A program made the position numbers and the translations under genes. This document shows positions 59,645 through 64,000 of a stretch of 64,000 nt of DNA, piece by piece. The stretch's first letter is position 1; each line of letters begins with the position of its first letter. Origin of the DNA: Anaerolineae bacterium (GTDB taxonomy: Bacteria; Chloroflexota; Anaerolineae; S140-20); NCBI GenBank assembly GCA_027021705.1, contig JALUTT010000132.1:1-64000 (forward strand), given 5' to 3'. Below the pieces are notes generated by a model. It saw only the letters and a program-made list of their open reading frames with translations. It did no database searches and had not been told where the DNA came from.

Positions 59645-61896
59645 CCGTCGTCGGCCTCCTCAAAGCTCTCGGCCACGCGAGGGGTGTATCCTTTCTCCTG
59701 CAACTCTCGGACCAGATCGTCCACCGCATCGGGCTCGATGGCCACCAGCCGGGGGGAGAACTGGTAGATGATGTGCTGGGCCAGGGAGGTGGCGGCCACC
59801 AGTTCGCGGATGGCAAAATCATCGCTGAGTTCGAGGATGGTCAGGTTGGGATAGAGGTGAACCAGGCCGAAGTTCTCCCACCAGCGGGTCAACATCTCCC
59901 GCAGCCCCTCGGGCAGAGGGGCCTGGCTTCCCTTCTCCAGCAGATCGAGGATCTCTTCCAAGGTGTGGCCGGCTTCGAAAGCCTGCCTGGCTCCCTCGGC
60001 GGTCAGGCGATAGTGAAGGCGACCGGACCCTGCCTCGACCAACGTCCCCATCGTTGCCAGAAGGTCCAGGAGCCGGATGTCACTGCGCCCGGGATCGAGG
60101 GTGACCTGGCCATCCTCGGTGAGGACCAGCGTCGGCCCCTCGGGTTTTTTCTCCAGGGCAGGGCTGGGACGCCGGCCCAGCAGGAATGCGCCGAATTCGG
60201 TGATCTGGAAGGCAACGATGCCCCGCTTGTCATAGCCCAGGGAGACGATGCCCAGCCAGTTCAACGGCCCTTCCAACATCGCGGCGATGAAGGCCCCGTA
60301 GGTATTGGACCAGTCTCGGCGGTTGTCAGGGGCATACCGCTTGTGCGTGATCCGAGAGGCCAGCCACCAGGCGTTGGGATCGCCGTAGCGGTGGAGATAG
60401 TGGTCATCCAGCTTGCGGACGAAGGCTAAGAGGTGATCGAGGCCGTACCAGGTCTCCTCCGGCAGCCGCCGTAGAAGGGAGAGCAAGAAGAAGCGCACAT
60501 CGGCCAACTCCTGGAGCAAATGGGTGAGGTGGAAGTGGGAGTAGCGGCCAGACCGACGGAGCTCCAGGTGGTTCAAGTGGCGCAGGACCAGGTAGATTTC
60601 GCTCCAATGGGTCAGCTCCTCCCAGGCTACTGTGAGCAGGTAGGTCTGCTCCGAGGGACTCAGGCTCAGGAACCGCTCCATCACCTGGGAGCTGGTCTCG
60701 ATGGGTTGCCCCGGCTGGAGGGTGATGAAGCCAAGGGCGGACATCAGGGCAATGATGAACTCTATCGCCTCCACCGAGGCACCGGTCGCCCGCGCCAATG
60801 CCTGCATCTCCTCGTCCTGCAGCGGATAGGGCGGGGGGGGAACCGTAAAACTCCGCTGGCTCGCGTGCCAGGAAGCCATACCAGGAGCACGGGACAGGGC
60901 TTTCACCTCTGAGCGAAGGTTGAGCCAGCCCTGCAGGGCGGGAACCTGGTCCTCGATGGGCAGGCGTTCCATCGGGGGACGGGCGACCAGTTGTCGCTCC
61001 CGAACGAGTCGCCAGACGAGGTATAGGGTGCGGGCCAGGGCGAAGGGAGGGGAGTGCTCGATTCGCAGCCCTTTGAGCGAGCCGGTGTAGGGACGAAGCA
61101 GATGGGGTGTGGGGGGCAGGAAGGCGACGACCGTGGGCAGGACAACGTAGTAGCGATCCCCGCCCTCCTTGTGGGAAAGCACCAGCCCCCACGTCTGAAG
61201 GGTCTGGAGGTGGTGACCGGCACCCGCAGCGATGAGGGGCTCACCTATCTGCTCCAACAGCGCGGCCACCTCTTCCTCCGAGTAGTCCGCTACATCACTC
61301 ACAAGAGCCAGGATGTCCAGTACTTTGCGAGGGGCGTCCTCCAACTGCTCGTAGGTCTGGACGATGACCTGGGGACGGCTCAGGTGCTCGGCCAGGGCCT
61401 CCACCAAGGGGGCTTTGCGACGGCCTTTGATGGGAAGCCCGTGACGGCGGGCGATGGCGCGCAGTTGTTGGATGGTCTGAGCCTCAAAGGCTTCCCGCAA
61501 AGTGTCCTGCAGCCTCTGCTCGGTGGCCTCAGGGGAGAGGAACGAGATGGAAAGGGAGGAAGACATCGCCCTCTCGGGTTCCATAGGGATGAAAGTTCGG
61601 GGCTCTCGGATCCACGCGATGAGCAGGGCGCCCATATGGGCGCATAAGCCGTACTGGCCCTCTGGGCAGCTACACATGACGTAGAGGCGCTCGTCCCCCA
61701 CCCAGGCCTCTGAGGTGACAGGCGTGCCGGTCTCATCGTCCTCGATGATGCCGGTGATCCTGTCCTCGGTCCGGTAGCGTGCCGCCACGGACCCCCTCTG
61801 GTAAAGTTGGAGCGCCTGACGGTAGAGGCGCTCCCCTAGCGTCTCTCGTATCCTTGCCTCAGTCAAGGCGGACAGCAGGAAGTGGGTGTCGTTCAT
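59641..61896 (-). CDS. SWIM zinc finger + XPB-N-terminal-like domain protein
   Basis: CSC...CAH SWIM motif, HeH-like TIQQLRAIARRHGL...KAPLV, and C-terminal YRLTAEG...LEEIL...PLPE. Confidence 0.8.
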   Translation of the reverse strand: MNDTHFLLSALTEARIRETLGERLYRQALQLYQRGSVAARYRTEDRITGIIEDDETGTPVTSEAWVGDERLYVMCSCPEGQYGLCAHMGALLIAWIREPRTFIPMEPERAMSSSLSISFLSPEATEQRLQDTLREAFEAQTIQQLRAIARRHGLPIKGRRKAPLVEALAEHLSRPQVIVQTYEQLEDAPRKVLDILALVSDVADYSEEEVAALLEQIGEPLIAAGAGHHLQTLQTWGLVLSHKEGGDRYYVVLPTVVAFLPPTPHLLRPYTGSLKGLRIEHSPPFALARTLYLVWRLVRERQLVARPPMERLPIEDQVPALQGWLNLRSEVKALSRAPGMASWHASQRSFTVPPPPYPLQDEEMQALARATGASVEAIEFIIALMSALGFITLQPGQPIETSSQVMERFLSLSPSEQTYLLTVAWEELTHWSEIYLVLRHLNHLELRRSGRYSHFHLTHLLQELADVRFFLLSLLRRLPEETWYGLDHLLAFVRKLDDHYLHRYGDPNAWWLASRITHKRYAPDNRRDWSNTYGAFIAAMLEGPLNWLGIVSLGYDKRGIVAFQITEFGAFLLGRRPSPALEKKPEGPTLVLTEDGQVTLDPGRSDIRLLDLLATMGTLVEAGSGRLHYRLTAEGARQAFEAGHTLEEILDLLEKGSQAPLPEGLREMLTRWWENFGLVHLYPNLTILELSDDFAIRELVAATSLAQHIIYQFSPRLVAIEPDAVDDLVRELQEKGYTPRVAESFEEADDG

Positions 61897-63716
61897 TGGG
61901 GCTTCCTATCTCCCCGGGGTAGGGCCTGTCGCTGACCGGCGGGGGCCGGCAGCGCCACCGGTTCCGCCGGCAGAGCAGGTTCCTTTTCTACCATCTCGCC
62001 GGCCAGCACCGCCGGTTTGTAGTCGGCAACCTGGTAGTCGTAGAGAATGGTGTAGTGGTAGCCCTGTTCCGTCAGGAAGAGTTGGCGGTTGGCCCCGAAG
62101 GTCTGGTCTTTGGTGTCCTTGCTAACGATGGTGTAGAAGTGAGCCAACAGGCCGTTCTTCTTGGGCCGGAGGATGCGTCCCAGCCGTTGGGCCTCCTCCT
62201 GGCGGGAGCCGAAGGTGCCGGAGACCTGGATCATCACGTTGGCATCGGGGAGGTCCACGGCGAAGTTGCCCACCTTGGAGACGACCAGCACCCGGACCTC
62301 ACCCTCACGGAACTTCTGGAAGAGCTCCTGGCGCTTGCGCACCGGCGTCTTGCCGGTGATGAGGGGGAAGTCGTAGCGCTGGGCAATCTCCCGGAGCTGG
62401 TCCAGGTACATCCCGATGATGAGGATCTGGTCGTCGGGGTGCTTCTTCAGGAGTTGGTCCAGCACCTCCAGCTTGGCCGGGTTCTCGGCAGCGACCCGGT
62501 ACTTGTCCCGTTCGTCGGATACGGCGTAGAGGAGCCTCTCCTCGTCGGGCAGGGTGACGCGGATCTCGCAGCACTCGGCCGTCGCGATCCAGCCCTGCTT
62601 CTCCAGCACCTTCCAGGGGACGTCGTACTTCTTGGGGCCGATGAGGGAGAAGACGTCGGTCTCCCGGCCATCCTCGCGCACCAGGGTAGCGGTGAGGCCC
62701 AGCCGACGCCGGGCCTGGAGCTCCGCCGTGATGCGGAAGACGGGGGCCGGCAGCAGGTGGACCTCGTCGTAGATAATGAGGCCCCAGTTCTCCTCGTTGA
62801 AGATGGCAAAATGGGGGAACTCCGGCTCTCCCGGCTTGCGCTTCCGCCGCCGATAGGTGACGGTCTGATAGGTGGTGATGGTGATGGGGCGGATCTGCTT
62901 GCGCAGACCGGTGTACTCGCCGATCTGCTCCTCCGTCAGCGTCGTCTTGTCCAGCAGCTCTTCGATCCACTGCCGGGCGGCGACGGTGCTGGGCGTGAGG
63001 ATGAGGGTGGCGGTCTGCAGGTCCTCGATCACCTTCATCCCCACCATCGTCTTGCCCGCCCCGCAGGGCAGGACGATGACCCCGCTGCCGCCCTGGGGGC
63101 CACCGCCGGCGTAGAAGACCTCGGCCGCTTCCAACTGGTAGGGGCGCAGGCGGAAGGGCTTGCCGGAGCGGGTGATGGGGCGCAGGTGGATCTCCAGAGG
63201 TGCGCCGGTGATGTAGCCGGCCAGGTCCTCGGCCGGGTAGCCGATCTCCACCAGCGCCTGCTTGATGTGGCCCCGGCGGGCCGGGTCCACCAACAGCGTA
63301 TAGGGGTTGGGTTGGCCCAGGATGTAGGGCTGGAGCTTCTTGTGGCGGGCCAACTCGGTGATCAGAGCGATGTCGTCGGAGACGAGCTGCAACCGCCCCT
63401 CGTCATCCCGCACCAGCTTGACCCGCCCGTAGCGGGAGATGTAGTCGGCGATGTCCACCCGCACGTTGTCGGGGATGGGGTACTTGGCGTAGCGGTCCAG
63501 CCCCTCCAGGATCTCCTCGGCGGTCATGCCGGCCGAGGCAGCGTTCCAGAGAGAGAGCGGGGTGATCCGGTAGGTGTGCACGTACTCCGGCGACTTCTCC
63601 AGCTCCGCAAAGCGGGCCAGGATGTCCCGGGCGGCCTCATAGAAGGGGTTATCTACTTCCAACAGGACGGTCTTATCCGACTGGACGATCAGCGGATTCT
63701 GGGGGTTGTAGGACAT
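61893..63716 (-). CDS. xpb: XPB/Ssl2 (ERCC3)-family SF2 DNA helicase
   Basis: PLIVQSDKTVLLE, LRPYQ, LPCGAGKT, DEVH, GLTAT and QRLGRILRPK. Confidence 0.95.
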   Translation of the reverse strand: MSYNPQNPLIVQSDKTVLLEVDNPFYEAARDILARFAELEKSPEYVHTYRITPLSLWNAASAGMTAEEILEGLDRYAKYPIPDNVRVDIADYISRYGRVKLVRDDEGRLQLVSDDIALITELARHKKLQPYILGQPNPYTLLVDPARRGHIKQALVEIGYPAEDLAGYITGAPLEIHLRPITRSGKPFRLRPYQLEAAEVFYAGGGPQGGSGVIVLPCGAGKTMVGMKVIEDLQTATLILTPSTVAARQWIEELLDKTTLTEEQIGEYTGLRKQIRPITITTYQTVTYRRRKRKPGEPEFPHFAIFNEENWGLIIYDEVHLLPAPVFRITAELQARRRLGLTATLVREDGRETDVFSLIGPKKYDVPWKVLEKQGWIATAECCEIRVTLPDEERLLYAVSDERDKYRVAAENPAKLEVLDQLLKKHPDDQILIIGMYLDQLREIAQRYDFPLITGKTPVRKRQELFQKFREGEVRVLVVSKVGNFAVDLPDANVMIQVSGTFGSRQEEAQRLGRILRPKKNGLLAHFYTIVSKDTKDQTFGANRQLFLTEQGYHYTILYDYQVADYKPAVLAGEMVEKEPALPAEPVALPAPAGQRQALPRGDRKPQ

Positions 63717-63768
63717 CTCGCTTCAATACTCCTGGCTCACGAAGGTCTCTGGCAACAGGCATCACGGT

Positions 63769-63797
63769 ATTGTACCTTAAGGAGAAGGGTTTGTCAA
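63769..63797 (-). promoter_or_regulatory. Sigma70 promoter of the XPB operon
   Basis: TTGACA-17 bp-TACAAT on the minus strand. Confidence 0.8.
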
Positions 63798-63811
63798 AAT
63801 TTCGGCTCCCT

Positions 63812-63908
63812 TCCCTCCCGCAGGTCCTCCCCACGGCCTGAAGCGCCTCGTAGGTCGCCTCCGGCAAGCCGTAGCTATCGCCGGGCACCGCGTGACCTGC
63901 GGGAGGGT
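63812..63908. repeat. Type-A palindromic cassette
   Basis: CCCTCCCGCAGGT ... ACCTGCGGGAGGGT, closely similar to the reverse complement of 10375-10470. Confidence 0.88.
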
Positions 63909-63914
63909 GGCATC

Positions 63915-63998
63915 TCAGGGGGGCGTGGGGGTGCTGGGGGGCTGCTGGGCGACGAAGACCATCTGCCAGGAGGCGAAGGGCGGGGTATCGGCGGGGCA
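63915..63998 (-). CDS. Probable 3' end of a gene entering from beyond the window
   Basis: Open frame CPADTPPFASWQMVFVAQQPPSTPTPP* with host-like codons. Confidence 0.4.
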   Translation of the reverse strand, partial: CPADTPPFASWQMVFVAQQPPSTPTPP

Positions 63999-64000
63999 AC

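Overview
High-GC bacterial chromosome segment. Gene content suggests a monoderm, Chloroflexota/Anaerolineae-like organism (sortase, lipoproteins, DUF4058/Uma2 nucleases, extended L34); this is inference. Most of the window is housekeeping: prs, rpe, ADP-forming acyl-CoA ligase, rel, holA, argS, dcd, pncB, rnhB, rfbD plus glycosyltransferases, trmD, hemW, and an rpmH-rnpA-yidD-yidC-jag...parA-parB block with no dnaA. Points worth follow-up: (1) a coupled three-gene XPB helicase operon whose two large paralogous partners carry XPB-N-terminal/p52-like domains, one fused to a SWIM finger; (2) a Ser/Thr kinase-PP2C-DnaJ/vWA-FHA signalling cluster; (3) a beta-propeller lipoprotein gene between yidD and a short yidC; (4) seven ~95-bp palindromic cassettes sharing the inverted repeat ACCCTCCCGCAGGT, three inside IS66-like MITEs with perfect 8-bp target duplications and one inside a different shell with a 9-bp duplication; (5) a lower-GC toxin-antitoxin pair with attC-like ends that seems to split a small ORF; (6) two candidate structured RNAs; (7) several 7/8/9/14-bp periodic intergenic repeats. 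No rRNA, tRNA or CRISPR array was seen. All calls come from reading motifs by eye; no searches were run.
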